Numbered from the stretch's first letter, positions 14,999-25,768 are shown. The stretch: 63,343 nucleotides of DNA from Clostridia bacterium (GCA_045660765.1 JAZREK010000070.1:1-63343), one strand, 5' to 3'. Notes: a model not told the origin generated them from the sequence alone. Translations and numbers: made by a program.

Positions 14999-17431
14999 AT
15001 GATTGCTCAGGTTTATGTAAACACAAAAAACCTGAATATTGACAAGCCCTTTGATTATCTTGTTCCCAAGGAGCTTGAAGGGAAAATTGCAGTCGGCGTC
15101 AGGGTTAAAGTTCCTTTCGGCGGCGGCAACACTCCCAAAGAGGCCTTTGTGACAGAAATCAAGGATAAGAGTGACTTCTCATCACTAAAACCTATCCGCA
15201 GTGTAACGGATGAGTTTCCCGTTCTTACAAAAGCGGGGATTCGTCTGTGCTTTTATATGCGTGAGAGGTATTTTTGCACATTTTTCGAGGCGGCTTCACT
15301 TTGTTCTCCTCCCGGAACTGATGCAAAGTTTGAGGAATGGATTTCTCTTTCCCACGGATACTATGATAAAAAGCACCTTGCAAAAGGTATAAAGCAAGAG
15401 GCTCTTTTAACCCTTCTTGAAAACAGCGAGGGTAATGCCGAACTGGCGCAGATTAAAAGCGTCCTTGGCAAAAATGCGCGCGTTATCGTAAATTCGCTGA
15501 TTGAAAAAGGTCTGTGCGAAAAAAGTTTCCGTGATAAAAGAAGGGCAAACGAAAAGACAGTCCGCCTTGCCTATTACTGTGGCGAGGAAGATATTTCGTT
15601 TCATATCGAGCGACTTTCAAAAAGCGCTCCAAAGCAATCAGCCGTACTCGGTGTAATTGCCGAGCATGGAAAACTTTCCATCCCCGATATAATTTCCGCG
15701 GCAAGCACGACAAGAAACGCAGTTGAGTCATTGTATATCAAAGGGCTTATCAATTACTGCGAAGAGGAGGTTCTTCGCAACCCTCTTGAAGGCAAAGAAA
15801 TGGCGGATACCTCTCCGCTTGTTTTGTCCGATAAGCAAAGTGCCGTTGCCGACGAAATCATAAAAAAAGGGAAAGGAACTTTCCTTATCCACGGCGTAAC
15901 CGGAAGCGGTAAAACGGAAGTTTATATGCAAATTGCGATCAAGGCAATCGAGGAAGGCAAGCAGGTAATCCTGCTTGTTCCCGAAATTGCACTTACTCCG
16001 CAGATGACAAGCCGTTTTTATAACCGATTCGGGAAAAATCTCGCCGTTATTCACAGCGCACTTTCCCTCGGAGAACGTCTTGACGAGTGGAGAAGAATCA
16101 AGCGCGGTGATGCAAATATCATAATAGGTGCGCGAAGTGCGATTTTTGCACCTTGCGAAAATCTTGGCGCAATTATTATTGACGAGGAGCACGAGCAAAG
16201 CTATAAATCAGAATCCTCGCCGAGATATCACGCAAGGGATATTGCTCATTTCCTTGCAAAAAGGCACGCGTGTCCGCTTGTTTTAGGCAGTGCGACACCG
16301 TCTGTCGAAAGCTATCATAAGGCAAAGCGCGGAGAGTACACTCTTCTTGAACTTTCCGAAAGATTTAACAAAAAACCGTTACCTGAAGTTTTTATCGCCG
16401 ATATGCGTGAGGAGCTTCGGGAAGGCAATAAGACGGTACTCAGCCGACTTCTTGCAAGCGAAATAAACAAAAATTTAGAAAAAAAAGAACAGACTATTTT
16501 GTTTCTTAACAGACGCGGTTATTCCACATTCGTTTCTTGCAGGGATTGCGGATACGTATTCACCTGCCCCGATTGTAACGTGTCTTTGACTTATCATAAA
16601 AACAACAACACCCTTAACTGTCACTACTGCGGTTATCAGGAAAATATACGTTACACCTGTCCCGTGTGTAAAAGCACAAGGGTAAAGGATTTCGGTAAAG
16701 GCACGCAGAAGGCCGAGGAGCAGATTGGCGGAATTTTCAAAAACGCATCACTTCTCAGAATGGATGCCGATACCACAAGCGGTAAGCGTGGCCACGAAAA
16801 AATTATTGATAAGTTTGAGGCGGAGAAAACCGATATTCTGCTCGGAACACAGATGGTTACAAAAGGTCTTGATTTTGAAAACGTCACTCTTGTAGGCGTT
16901 CTTGCGGCAGATGCGTCGCTTAATGTCGACGATTTCCGCGCGCAGGAAAGGACGTTTAACCTCATCACGCAGGTTTGCGGAAGAGCAGGTCGCGGAGAAA
17001 TAGCCGGTCGCTGCGTAATTCAGACCTATGCTCCTGAAAATCCGACACTTCTCCTTGCGGCGAAGCAGGATTATAAGAGCTTTTATGATGAAGAAATTGA
17101 GTTCCGAAAGGAGTTTTTATATCCTCCTTTCTGTGACATTGTAAATATTACGGTGACATCTTCCGTAAAAGAAGATGCCGAGCGTGAAGCGCAGAAAATC
17201 GCACAGGAATTGCGCGTTGCTTTGCGCGGATTTGAAAACTGGTCGCTTTACGGCCCGTCTGCAGCACCTTTGGGCAGACTTCAGGGACGTTGGCGCGAAA
17301 GATTGTGGCTTAAATGTAATGCCGACGACGAATTTGTAAAAGTTCTTCGCGAGTGCGTTTACGAAAAAAGCAAAAGAAAAGGCGAAGACCTTTCGGTAGT
17401 CGCCGACATCAACCCCAATAGTATGAGTTAA
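14999..17431 (+). CDS. priA: primosomal protein N' (replication restart helicase)
   Basis: Walker A GVTGSGKTEVY, DEEH box, and the Cys-rich zinc insert CRDCGYVFTCPDCNVSLTYH..CHYCG..CPVC. Confidence 0.95.
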   Translation: MIAQVYVNTKNLNIDKPFDYLVPKELEGKIAVGVRVKVPFGGGNTPKEAFVTEIKDKSDFSSLKPIRSVTDEFPVLTKAGIRLCFYMRERYFCTFFEAASLCSPPGTDAKFEEWISLSHGYYDKKHLAKGIKQEALLTLLENSEGNAELAQIKSVLGKNARVIVNSLIEKGLCEKSFRDKRRANEKTVRLAYYCGEEDISFHIERLSKSAPKQSAVLGVIAEHGKLSIPDIISAASTTRNAVESLYIKGLINYCEEEVLRNPLEGKEMADTSPLVLSDKQSAVADEIIKKGKGTFLIHGVTGSGKTEVYMQIAIKAIEEGKQVILLVPEIALTPQMTSRFYNRFGKNLAVIHSALSLGERLDEWRRIKRGDANIIIGARSAIFAPCENLGAIIIDEEHEQSYKSESSPRYHARDIAHFLAKRHACPLVLGSATPSVESYHKAKRGEYTLLELSERFNKKPLPEVFIADMREELREGNKTVLSRLLASEINKNLEKKEQTILFLNRRGYSTFVSCRDCGYVFTCPDCNVSLTYHKNNNTLNCHYCGYQENIRYTCPVCKSTRVKDFGKGTQKAEEQIGGIFKNASLLRMDADTTSGKRGHEKIIDKFEAEKTDILLGTQMVTKGLDFENVTLVGVLAADASLNVDDFRAQERTFNLITQVCGRAGRGEIAGRCVIQTYAPENPTLLLAAKQDYKSFYDEEIEFRKEFLYPPFCDIVNITVTSSVKEDAEREAQKIAQELRVALRGFENWSLYGPSAAPLGRLQGRWRERLWLKCNADDEFVKVLRECVYEKSKRKGEDLSVVADINPNSMS

Positions 17432-17435
17432 GTTA

Positions 17436-17660
17436 ACTAAACCGCACTATGGGGGACGGGGTGATTTCTGTTAGCCGAAGGCGTAAAAGAAATCGACCTG
17501 TCCCCAAGCAAGAAATCCCCCACCACACTAACTAAACCGCACTATGGGGGACGGGGTGTTTTTTGTTAGCCAACGGCGTAACAAAAATGACCCGTCCCCA
17601 AACAAGAAGGTGTGATTATCACCAGATGGTACGGAGAGCAACAAAAATCACCCCGTCCCC
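17436..17660. repeat. REP-like GGGGACGGGG hairpin repeats (family B), 2.5 units
   Basis: Two units of ctaaaccgcactatGGGGGACGGGGTG(A/T)TTT..GTTAGCC..GGCGTAA..AAA..CC(C/T)GTCCCC, each with a ~20-bp stem, plus an orphan right arm acaaaaatcaccccgtcccc. Confidence 0.85.
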
Positions 17661-17693
17661 GCACACAACTCCCAACAACAAAGGAGAATTATT

Positions 17694-18179
17694 ATGGCAA
17701 TAAGAAAAATCAGAGAAATTGGCGACGAATGTCTTAAGAAAAGATGTCGCGAAGTAGAAAAGTTTGATAAAAAGCTTCACATCCTGCTTGATGATATGAA
17801 AGACACGCTTATACTTGCAAACGGTGTAGGCCTTGCCGCACCGCAGGTAGGAATACTGCGCAGAGTTGTTATCATCGACCGTGGTGAAGAAGGAATTATC
17901 GAACTTATAAACCCCGTTATAACATATACCGAGGGTGAAGTTACCGGCACTGAAGGTTGTCTCAGCGTCCCCGGCAAAGCAGGCGATGTTACACGTCCGC
18001 AGAAAGCAACAGTAAAGGCGCTTGACCGCGACGGTAATGAGTTCGAGTATACAGGCGAAGATTTGTACGCAAGGTGTATCTGTCACGAATGTGATCATCT
18101 TGATGGTATCTTATACGTTGAAAAAGCGGAAAATATTTTTGATTTAGACCTCGAGTATGACGACGAGGATGAGGAGTAA
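17694..18179 (+). CDS. def: peptide deformylase
   Basis: GVGLAAPQ, EGCLS and HECDHL motifs. Confidence 0.95.
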   Translation: MAIRKIREIGDECLKKRCREVEKFDKKLHILLDDMKDTLILANGVGLAAPQVGILRRVVIIDRGEEGIIELINPVITYTEGEVTGTEGCLSVPGKAGDVTRPQKATVKALDRDGNEFEYTGEDLYARCICHECDHLDGILYVEKAENIFDLDLEYDDEDEE

Positions 18180-18183
18180 TTCT

Positions 18184-19116
18184 ATGCGCATATTATTTAT
18201 GGGAACACCCGAATTTGCACAAAAATCACTTGAAGCGCTTATCAGCGACAATCGTGATGTTGTTTGTGTTATAACACAGCCTGACAAGCCCAAGGGTCGC
18301 GGATACGAAATGGCAATGCCCGAGGTTAAGGTTTGTGCGCTCGAGCATAATATTCCCGTGTATCAGCCCGAAACGCTTAAAGATGGTGCAATTCTTCCCA
18401 TTTTAGAAGAATACAACCCCGACATAATCATCGTTGTGGCATACGGAAAAATTCTTCCCGAATACATCCTTAACTACCCGAAATACGGTTGTGTAAATAT
18501 TCACGGTTCTCTTCTTCCCAAGTATCGCGGTGCCGCACCCATTCAGCGCGCTGTAATTGACGGTGAAAAGGTCAGTGGTGTTACAAGTATGTATATGGAA
18601 AAAGGTCTTGATACAGGTGATATGCTTATCAAGGCAGAGCTTCCCATCGGTGAAACCACTACTGCGGGAGAATATCATGACGCACTTGCTGTTTTGGGTG
18701 GCAAGGTGCTTCTTGAAACGATTGATAAATTAAAAGAAGGAAAAATCACTCCTGAAAAGCAGAATGATGCTCTTTCAACATACGCACATCAGCTTTCCAA
18801 GGCAGAGGGCGAAATTAACTGGAATAATACAAACGAAGAAATTTATAATAAAGTAAGGGGACTTAATCCCTGGCCGAAGGCGTTTTCTTTCCTCGGCAAA
18901 AAAAGATTCGTTGTTGATTTTGTTTACAAATCCGAAAAAAGCGGAAATCCGGGCGAAGTTATAGAAGCAAACGATGACGGAATCGTCGTTGCTTGTGGCG
19001 AGGGCTCGGTTATCATAAAAGAAATCAAAATAGAAGGCAAAAAAATGATGCCTGTCTGCGATTTCCTTCGCGGACACAAAATAGAAAAAGGAACACCTTT
19101 AGGAGGCGAAAAATAA
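18184..19116 (+). CDS. fmt: methionyl-tRNA formyltransferase
   Basis: MRILFMGTPEFA, HGSLLPKYRGAAPIQ. Start reset to the ATG at 18184. Confidence 0.95.
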   Translation: MRILFMGTPEFAQKSLEALISDNRDVVCVITQPDKPKGRGYEMAMPEVKVCALEHNIPVYQPETLKDGAILPILEEYNPDIIIVVAYGKILPEYILNYPKYGCVNIHGSLLPKYRGAAPIQRAVIDGEKVSGVTSMYMEKGLDTGDMLIKAELPIGETTTAGEYHDALAVLGGKVLLETIDKLKEGKITPEKQNDALSTYAHQLSKAEGEINWNNTNEEIYNKVRGLNPWPKAFSFLGKKRFVVDFVYKSEKSGNPGEVIEANDDGIVVACGEGSVIIKEIKIEGKKMMPVCDFLRGHKIEKGTPLGGEK

Positions 19117-19830
19117 ATGTACTATCCTTATTATTTGCCGACAGATCCGGCATATATACTCGTTATGATTATGGCGATTTTTTCGCTTATCGCATCAGCA
19201 CGCGTTTCATCAACATATAAAAAATATTCAAAACAGCTTACCGCAAAAGGACTTACAGCAGCAGAAGCGGCAAGAAAAATCCTTGACCAGAACGGTCTTT
19301 ACAATGTGCGAATTGAAAGTATTGCCGGAGAACTTACCGACCATTATGACCCTCGCGCAAACGTAATCCGTCTTTCCGATTCAGTAAGAAATTCCACATC
19401 CGTTGCGGCAGTCGGCGTTGCAGCGCACGAGGCAGGTCACGCAGTTCAGCACGCAACAGGGTACGCTCCGATAAAAGTTCGTAATGCTATCGTTCCTGTA
19501 GCCAACATCGGTTCTATTGCAGGTCCTTATCTTATAATTATCGGACTTTTGCTTCAAAACTCAATGAGCGACCTTATCCTCAATCTAGGCTTGTGGTTCT
19601 TCTCGGCGGCAGTTATTTTCCAGCTTGTAACTCTTCCCGTTGAATTTAACGCATCAAGACGCGCAGTTGCCACACTTGAAAGCGGAATGTATCTTTACGA
19701 GGATGAAGTCCCCGCAGTTAAAAAGGTTCTCGGTGCGGCGGCAATGACATACGTTGCAGCGGCGGCAGTTTCGATTGCAAACCTTTTAAGATTTGTTCTT
19801 CTTGTAAGCGGAAGAAGGAGCGATGACTGA
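19117..19830 (+). CDS. membrane zinc metallopeptidase (YugP-like)
   Basis: HEAGHAVQH zinc motif with flanking TM segments, 237 aa. Confidence 0.8.
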   Translation: MYYPYYLPTDPAYILVMIMAIFSLIASARVSSTYKKYSKQLTAKGLTAAEAARKILDQNGLYNVRIESIAGELTDHYDPRANVIRLSDSVRNSTSVAAVGVAAHEAGHAVQHATGYAPIKVRNAIVPVANIGSIAGPYLIIIGLLLQNSMSDLILNLGLWFFSAAVIFQLVTLPVEFNASRRAVATLESGMYLYEDEVPAVKKVLGAAAMTYVAAAAVSIANLLRFVLLVSGRRSDD

Positions 19831-21086
19831 TGAGTGCTCTTTCAAAACCGCGCGAAGCGGCTCTTAAAGCACTGGTTTTGTGTGAAAAGGACGGCGCGTA
19901 TTTAAATATTGCGTTGCGTGATATATTGCGCGATTCCGATATGGATGCACGTGATTGCGCCCTTGCAACAACGCTTGCAATGGGTGTCATGAAAAATGTT
20001 CTTTTCCTTGATAACATAATTGAAAACCTTTCCACGATAAAGCTTAAAAAGCTTTCCGTGTGGATTCACAATATTTTACGAATCGGGATTTATTCCCACC
20101 GCTTTTTAGACCGCGTACCCGTATCTGCTACGGTTAATGAGTGCGTGCGCCTTGCAAGACGATATGGTCATTCATCGTCGGCAGGGTTTACCAACGCAGT
20201 ACTTCGCAAGGCGGCGTCTTCGGGAGATTTTCTTCCCGAAGATAAAAACAGCGACAGATACATAAGTATTAAATATTCACTTCCGTTATGGCTTGTGGAA
20301 TTGTGGAGAAGCGAAGGATATGAAGAAGATTTCTTTTCTTCGCTCAACCTTGATCCGCCCGTAACGGTAAGAATGAATACATTAAAATGCACTTCATTAG
20401 ATGAAAATTTCGAAAAAATACCTGCACTTCCCCACGGATACAATTATAAAGGTGGCGGAAGCGTTGAGAGTTCGTCTCTTTTCAAGGATGGCAAAATCGC
20501 CGTTCAGGACGGTGCATCGCAGATGGCGGTATGCGCGCTTGACGTAAAAAAGGATATGCGCGTGCTTGACCTTTGCAGTGCTCCCGGCGGTAAAAGTGCG
20601 TATATTGCACAGCTTATGGAAAACTGTGGCGAGGTTATTTCCTGCGATATTCACGAGCATAAGCTTGCACTTATAAAAAACAATCTTTCACGACTTGGTA
20701 TAACAAACGCGAAAGTTATTCTGAATGACGCAACAATACTGCGAGAGGATTTTGTCGGCGCGTTTGACCGTGTTCTCGCCGATGTTCCCTGCTCGGGACT
20801 TGGCGTTCTTCGCAGAAAACCCGACATACGCCTTAACAAGTCACCTCTTGCAAATGACGAGCTTGTGAAAATTCAGCGCCAAATTTTTGAAAATGCGTCA
20901 TATTACGTAAAAAAAGGCGGCAAACTTGTTTATTCAACCTGCACTGTAAACAGAGCTGAAAACGAAGATGCCGTAAAAGAGTTTCTGGAAAAGCATACCG
21001 ATTTTGCTTTATTGGAAGAAAAACAGCTTCTTCCCAATAAAGATAACACAGACGGATTTTTCTATGCCTCTTTTGAAAGGAAGTAA
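19830..21086 (+). CDS. rsmB: 16S rRNA (cytosine967-C5)-methyltransferase
   Basis: NusB-like N-terminal domain, SAM motif DLCSAPGGKS, catalytic DVPCSGLG and STCT. fmt-rsmB synteny. Confidence 0.9.
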   Translation: MSALSKPREAALKALVLCEKDGAYLNIALRDILRDSDMDARDCALATTLAMGVMKNVLFLDNIIENLSTIKLKKLSVWIHNILRIGIYSHRFLDRVPVSATVNECVRLARRYGHSSSAGFTNAVLRKAASSGDFLPEDKNSDRYISIKYSLPLWLVELWRSEGYEEDFFSSLNLDPPVTVRMNTLKCTSLDENFEKIPALPHGYNYKGGGSVESSSLFKDGKIAVQDGASQMAVCALDVKKDMRVLDLCSAPGGKSAYIAQLMENCGEVISCDIHEHKLALIKNNLSRLGITNAKVILNDATILREDFVGAFDRVLADVPCSGLGVLRRKPDIRLNKSPLANDELVKIQRQIFENASYYVKKGGKLVYSTCTVNRAENEDAVKEFLEKHTDFALLEEKQLLPNKDNTDGFFYASFERK

Positions 21087-21092
21087 CCCCTG

Positions 21093-22109
21093 ATGAATCT
21101 GGGCGATTTGACAAAACCGCAACTAAAAGAATATATAAAAGAAATCGGCGAAAGTGCTTTCCGTGCAAAGCAGATTTTTAAATGGGTACATAGTGGCATT
21201 GAAAATGCCGACGAGATGACAAATATCTCAAAAGCCCTTCGCGAAAAGCTTTCTTCTGATTTTGAAATTTACCTTCCACGCGTTTACAAAAAGCTTGTAA
21301 GCAAGATTGACAAAACGGTGAAATACCTTTTCGAGCTTTCGGACGGTAATATAATCGAATCCGTTGTGATGGATTATCACCACGGAAAGAGCATCTGTAT
21401 TTCAAGTCAGGTCGGTTGCCGTATGGGTTGCAGTTTCTGTGCGTCCACGCTTCACGGACTTACGAGAAATCTTACTCCTTTTGAAATTGAAGGGCAGATT
21501 CTCCGCGCACAGAAGGATTTGGGCGAAAAGATAAGTAACGTCGTAATCATGGGTATCGGCGAACCGCTTGATAACTATGATAATATAATTTCGTTTTTGA
21601 AGAATGTTAATGACGAGGACGCTCTCAACATAGGATATCGTCACATAACACTTTCTACCTGCGGACTTGCAGACAAAATTTACACTCTTGCAGACGAAGA
21701 TATGCCGATAAATCTGGCAATCTCGCTCCACGCACCAAACGACGAGGTAAGAAAGGCGCTTATGCCTGTTGCCAAGGCATATTCTCTTTCAAAACTTATG
21801 GCGGCGTGCGACTACTATTTTAACAAAACACACAGAAGAATCACTTTTGAGTACGCACTTGTAAAGGGCAAAAACGCATCACGCGAGGAAGCAAGAGAAC
21901 TTGCAACTCTTATTGGCGGAAAAAATGCCCACGTTAACCTTATCCCCGTAAATCCCGTTACGGAAAGGGATAATGTGCGTACTGATGAAAAAGAAACCTT
22001 TGCTTTTCAAAAAGAACTTGAAAAGTTTGGAATAAATGCAACTATCCGCAGAGAATTGGGCGCAGATATAAACGCGTCCTGCGGACAGCTTCGAAATAAT
22101 GAACTTTGA
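21093..22109 (+). CDS. rlmN: 23S rRNA/tRNA (adenine-C2)-methyltransferase, radical SAM
   Basis: Radical SAM cluster CRMGCSFC, MGIGEPLDN, and C-terminal DINASCGQL. Confidence 0.95.
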   Translation: MNLGDLTKPQLKEYIKEIGESAFRAKQIFKWVHSGIENADEMTNISKALREKLSSDFEIYLPRVYKKLVSKIDKTVKYLFELSDGNIIESVVMDYHHGKSICISSQVGCRMGCSFCASTLHGLTRNLTPFEIEGQILRAQKDLGEKISNVVIMGIGEPLDNYDNIISFLKNVNDEDALNIGYRHITLSTCGLADKIYTLADEDMPINLAISLHAPNDEVRKALMPVAKAYSLSKLMAACDYYFNKTHRRITFEYALVKGKNASREEARELATLIGGKNAHVNLIPVNPVTERDNVRTDEKETFAFQKELEKFGINATIRRELGADINASCGQLRNNEL

Positions 22110-22152
22110 TTTGCATTATTGCAAAACGCTTATTTAACAGGAGGTGGGGATT

Positions 22153-22884
22153 ATGAATTTCTTTTCAATAAGTGACACAGGCAAACTCCGCAAAAGCAAT
22201 CAGGACTCTGCAATAGCAAAAAAAGTTGGTCCTTTTTCGCTTTTAGTACTTGCTGACGGTATGGGTGGTCACTTTGGAGGCGAAATTGCGAGTAGCCTTG
22301 CGATTGAAGAAGTTTCTGCTGTAATTTCCGACAAATTATCTAAAAAAATGCTTCCTGGGCAGATTATGCTTCTGCTTTCAGAAGCGCTCGAAAAAGCAAA
22401 CGATAAAATCCGCGCTCGTGCAGAAAGTGACAGTTCCCTTGCCGGAATGGGTACAACCTGCGACATTTGTATTGCGGAAAAAGACAAAATATATGTTGCT
22501 CATATCGGCGACAGTCGTGTTTATAAGATTTCGCAAAATGGTGAAATCAAGAAGCTGACACGCGACCATTCGCTTGTTGAGTTTATGCTTGAAAACGGAA
22601 CTATCACTCCCGAGGAAGCGGTAAATCATCCGCAAAGGAACATTATCCTTCAGGCTCTTGGGATTTCCGATGGCATGGACCCTGATATTTTTCAAGAAGA
22701 AGTATCGCCCCACGATGTAATTCTTCTTTGCAGTGACGGACTTACAAATATGCTTGACGAACAAACTGTCGCACAAGTCGCTATTTCCGAGGCTTCTCCA
22801 CGTGCGATTGCAAAGAAACTTGTCGGGCTTGCTAACGATGCAGGCGGCAGAGACAACATTACCGTTGTTATTGCCAAGGTCTGA
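22153..22884 (+). CDS. stp: PP2C Ser/Thr phosphatase (Stp/PrpC)
   Basis: LADGMGGH, GDSRVY, CSDGLT and GGRDNITV. ATG after AGGAGGTGGGG. Confidence 0.9.
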   Translation: MNFFSISDTGKLRKSNQDSAIAKKVGPFSLLVLADGMGGHFGGEIASSLAIEEVSAVISDKLSKKMLPGQIMLLLSEALEKANDKIRARAESDSSLAGMGTTCDICIAEKDKIYVAHIGDSRVYKISQNGEIKKLTRDHSLVEFMLENGTITPEEAVNHPQRNIILQALGISDGMDPDIFQEEVSPHDVILLCSDGLTNMLDEQTVAQVAISEASPRAIAKKLVGLANDAGGRDNITVVIAKV

Positions 22885-22898
22885 ATGGAGGTATCAGT

Positions 22899-24872
22899 AT
22901 GGAATCTAAAATATTAGGCGGCAGATATCAATTACTTGAAAAGGTCGGCATGGGTGGCATGGCGGTTGTATACAAAGCCATGGACGATTTGCTTGGCAGA
23001 TATGTTGCTATAAAAATATTACGTGAAGAATATAAGGAAAACGAGGAATTTATCCGTCGTTTCAAGATTGAATCACAGGCGGCGGCAAGTCTTTCACATC
23101 AGAACATCGTGCAGATTTATGACGTTGGTGAGGAAGACGGCATCCACTATATCGTGATGGAGCTTTTAGAGGGCGAAACACTTAAAAGCTACATGAACTC
23201 AAAAGGAGAAAGACTTTCTCTTAAAGAAGCTATGAACTTTTCTATGCAGATGTGCCGTGCTCTCGAGCATGCTCATTCAAAACACGTTGTGCATAGAGAT
23301 ATAAAGCCCCACAATATTGTTCTTACAGAAAACGGTAAAATTAAAGTTGCAGACTTCGGTATTGCAAGAGCTGCCAACAACAATACAACCGTTGATTCAA
23401 TTACACACGCCGTTGGAAGCGCGCATTATCTTTCTCCCGAGCAGGCACGTGGCGGTTATACCGACCACAAGAGCGACATTTACTCTCTCGGTGTTGTAAT
23501 GTATGAAATGTTTACAGGCAAGCTTCCTTTTGATGCTGAAGAAAGCATCAGCATCGTAATGCAACACATTCACGAAGAGCCGAAAGCTCCGCGCGAGATT
23601 GACCCTTCTATTCCCGTCGGAATCGAAGCTATAATAATGCGTGCTATGAGCAAGGAACAGAGATTGAGATATGAAAACGCATCCCAGATTCTTGAGGATC
23701 TGGTCGCAGTTTATCAGAATTCTGCTATTAAGGTAGAAAAGCTGAACGCTCATATACCAACTCCCGTTCAGCCTGCCCAGAAGCGTGAAAGCATAGAAAA
23801 GAAGACGGTAGCATCAGCTGTTTCCAAAAAGAAAAAGAAGAAGAAGGAAAATTCCACAAAATGGCTTTTGTTTAGTGTTATAGCCGCTTTCGCCATCATT
23901 ATCATTATGGCTGTGATGGCTCCTCTCTATTACATTTTAGGAATAGGTCAGAAGGAGGCCGAAATCCCCAACGTTGTCGGAATGACCTACGAAGAAGCTG
24001 TCGAAGTTGCCGAAAAAGCTTCTGACGGCGGCATAAAATTCACTATTTCCGAAGACCGCAAGGAATATTCCGAAGAGGAAAAAGGCACTATTCTGAAGCA
24101 GACTCCTGAAGCGGGTCTCAAAACAAGACGCACAAGAGAAATTAAAGTTACGGTGAGTCTTGGTCCCGTTGCACTTGAACTTGGAGATTATGTCGGAAAA
24201 GATTATCAGATTATCAAAAAGGAACTTGAGGAAAAGGGTATCAAGGTAATTATTGAGCACGAGGATAACGCCTCATACGAAGAAGGAAAAATTTTCAGAC
24301 AATTACCTTCCGAGGGAACAAAAATGGCAAGTGGAGATGAAGTTACTCTCTACGTTTCAAAAGGCGAGGAAAGCACCATAGTTCCCGATGTTGTCGGCAA
24401 AACAGTTGACGAAGCTATCGCCCTTATAGAACGAAACAACCTCAGCGTAAACGTTGTGGAAGAATTTAACGAAAACTATGCTGTAGGCATAATTTTTAAT
24501 CAAAGCGAAAAAGCATTTTCTACTGTTCCCGTAGGAACTACAATCACAATTACTTGTTCAACCGGCAAGGAAGAGGTTCCTGAAAATGAAGAAAATACAG
24601 AAAACGAAGAAAATACAGATGCTCCGACTACTCCCGAGACACCTGTATCGGCGCCTAAATCTGTAAGCATAACCCTTACAAACCTTTCCAAAACCGAAAC
24701 TCCTACAAAGGTAAGAATTATGCTCGACGGTGTTCGTGTATATGAAGGAGATGTTCCCTCATCAACAGGAACTGCTACAATTTCATTTGAGGTAGACTCC
24801 TCTCTTGATTTATCACACGGCGTTGACATTTACTACGACGATGCTTATCGCACCACGAAAGAGGTACAGTAA
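22899..24872 (+). CDS. prkC: PASTA-domain Ser/Thr protein kinase
   Basis: GMGGMAVVYKA, HRDIKPHN, DFGIA and SPEQ motifs, a TM segment, then three PASTA-like repeats (IPNVVGMTYEEA.., LGDYVGKDY.., VPDVVGKTVDEA..). Confidence 0.95.
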   Translation: MESKILGGRYQLLEKVGMGGMAVVYKAMDDLLGRYVAIKILREEYKENEEFIRRFKIESQAAASLSHQNIVQIYDVGEEDGIHYIVMELLEGETLKSYMNSKGERLSLKEAMNFSMQMCRALEHAHSKHVVHRDIKPHNIVLTENGKIKVADFGIARAANNNTTVDSITHAVGSAHYLSPEQARGGYTDHKSDIYSLGVVMYEMFTGKLPFDAEESISIVMQHIHEEPKAPREIDPSIPVGIEAIIMRAMSKEQRLRYENASQILEDLVAVYQNSAIKVEKLNAHIPTPVQPAQKRESIEKKTVASAVSKKKKKKKENSTKWLLFSVIAAFAIIIIMAVMAPLYYILGIGQKEAEIPNVVGMTYEEAVEVAEKASDGGIKFTISEDRKEYSEEEKGTILKQTPEAGLKTRRTREIKVTVSLGPVALELGDYVGKDYQIIKKELEEKGIKVIIEHEDNASYEEGKIFRQLPSEGTKMASGDEVTLYVSKGEESTIVPDVVGKTVDEAIALIERNNLSVNVVEEFNENYAVGIIFNQSEKAFSTVPVGTTITITCSTGKEEVPENEENTENEENTDAPTTPETPVSAPKSVSITLTNLSKTETPTKVRIMLDGVRVYEGDVPSSTGTATISFEVDSSLDLSHGVDIYYDDAYRTTKEVQ

Positions 24873-25763
24873 TTGATAGAAAAAAATCTTGTTATCGGCA
24901 CAATAGTTAAAGGAATAGGCGGATTTTACTATGTAAAAACAGACCGCGACATAATTGAATGTCACGCTCGCGGTAAATTCCGCAAGGACGAGCTTTCGCC
25001 TATTGTCGGAGATTTGGTTGATGTAACTCTTAATCCCGACGGAACGGGACAGATTTCGAAAATTCACGAAAGGCGTAATTTTCTGATTCGTCCGGGTGTT
25101 GCGAATGTCGATACTCTTGTTCTTGTTTCTGCGGCAAAGTCCCCGCTTCCCGATATGCTTCTTCTCGATAAGCTTTTGGTTATTGCTGAAAGCAGAGGGA
25201 TTGAATGTGTTATTTGTCTTAATAAGACCGACCTGGTAAATTCCGAAGAAGCGCAGAATTTTATATCGGTTTATGAAAAAGCCTCCTATCCGTGCATCTT
25301 GGCAAGCGCCAAAACGGGCGAAGGTGTTCGAGAAATACAGCAGATTATAAAAGGGAAAACCGTTGCTTTTGCAGGACTTTCAGGCGTTGGGAAGTCAAGT
25401 CTTCTTAAAAGAATAACAGGTGTCGACCTCGAAACAGGCGATGTAAGTAAGATTCAGCGCGGAAAGCACACAACAAGACACGTTGAACTTATCAGCGCGG
25501 CAGATGCACTTGTTTTCGATACACCGGGCTTTTCACGACTTGAAGCAGACGAAATCCGTGCAGATGAATTATGGCAATACTTCCCCGAAATTGCCGCTTT
25601 GCAGGGCGAGTGCAAATTCCGCACTTGTAATCACGTCGGCGAAAAGGGATGTGTTGTAAAAGAAGCGGTAGAAGACGGTGCTGTCTCACAAAGCCGTTAC
25701 GAAAGTTATGTAACACTGTTTAACAGATTAAAAGAAATAAAGGATTGGGAAAGAAAGGACTAA
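24873..25763 (+). CDS. rsgA: ribosome small-subunit-dependent GTPase A
   Basis: NKTDL, GLSGVGKSSL, and zinc knuckle CKFRTCNHVGEKGC. TTG start. Confidence 0.9.
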   Translation: MIEKNLVIGTIVKGIGGFYYVKTDRDIIECHARGKFRKDELSPIVGDLVDVTLNPDGTGQISKIHERRNFLIRPGVANVDTLVLVSAAKSPLPDMLLLDKLLVIAESRGIECVICLNKTDLVNSEEAQNFISVYEKASYPCILASAKTGEGVREIQQIIKGKTVAFAGLSGVGKSSLLKRITGVDLETGDVSKIQRGKHTTRHVELISAADALVFDTPGFSRLEADEIRADELWQYFPEIAALQGECKFRTCNHVGEKGCVVKEAVEDGAVSQSRYESYVTLFNRLKEIKDWERKD

Positions 25764-25768
25764 CAAAA

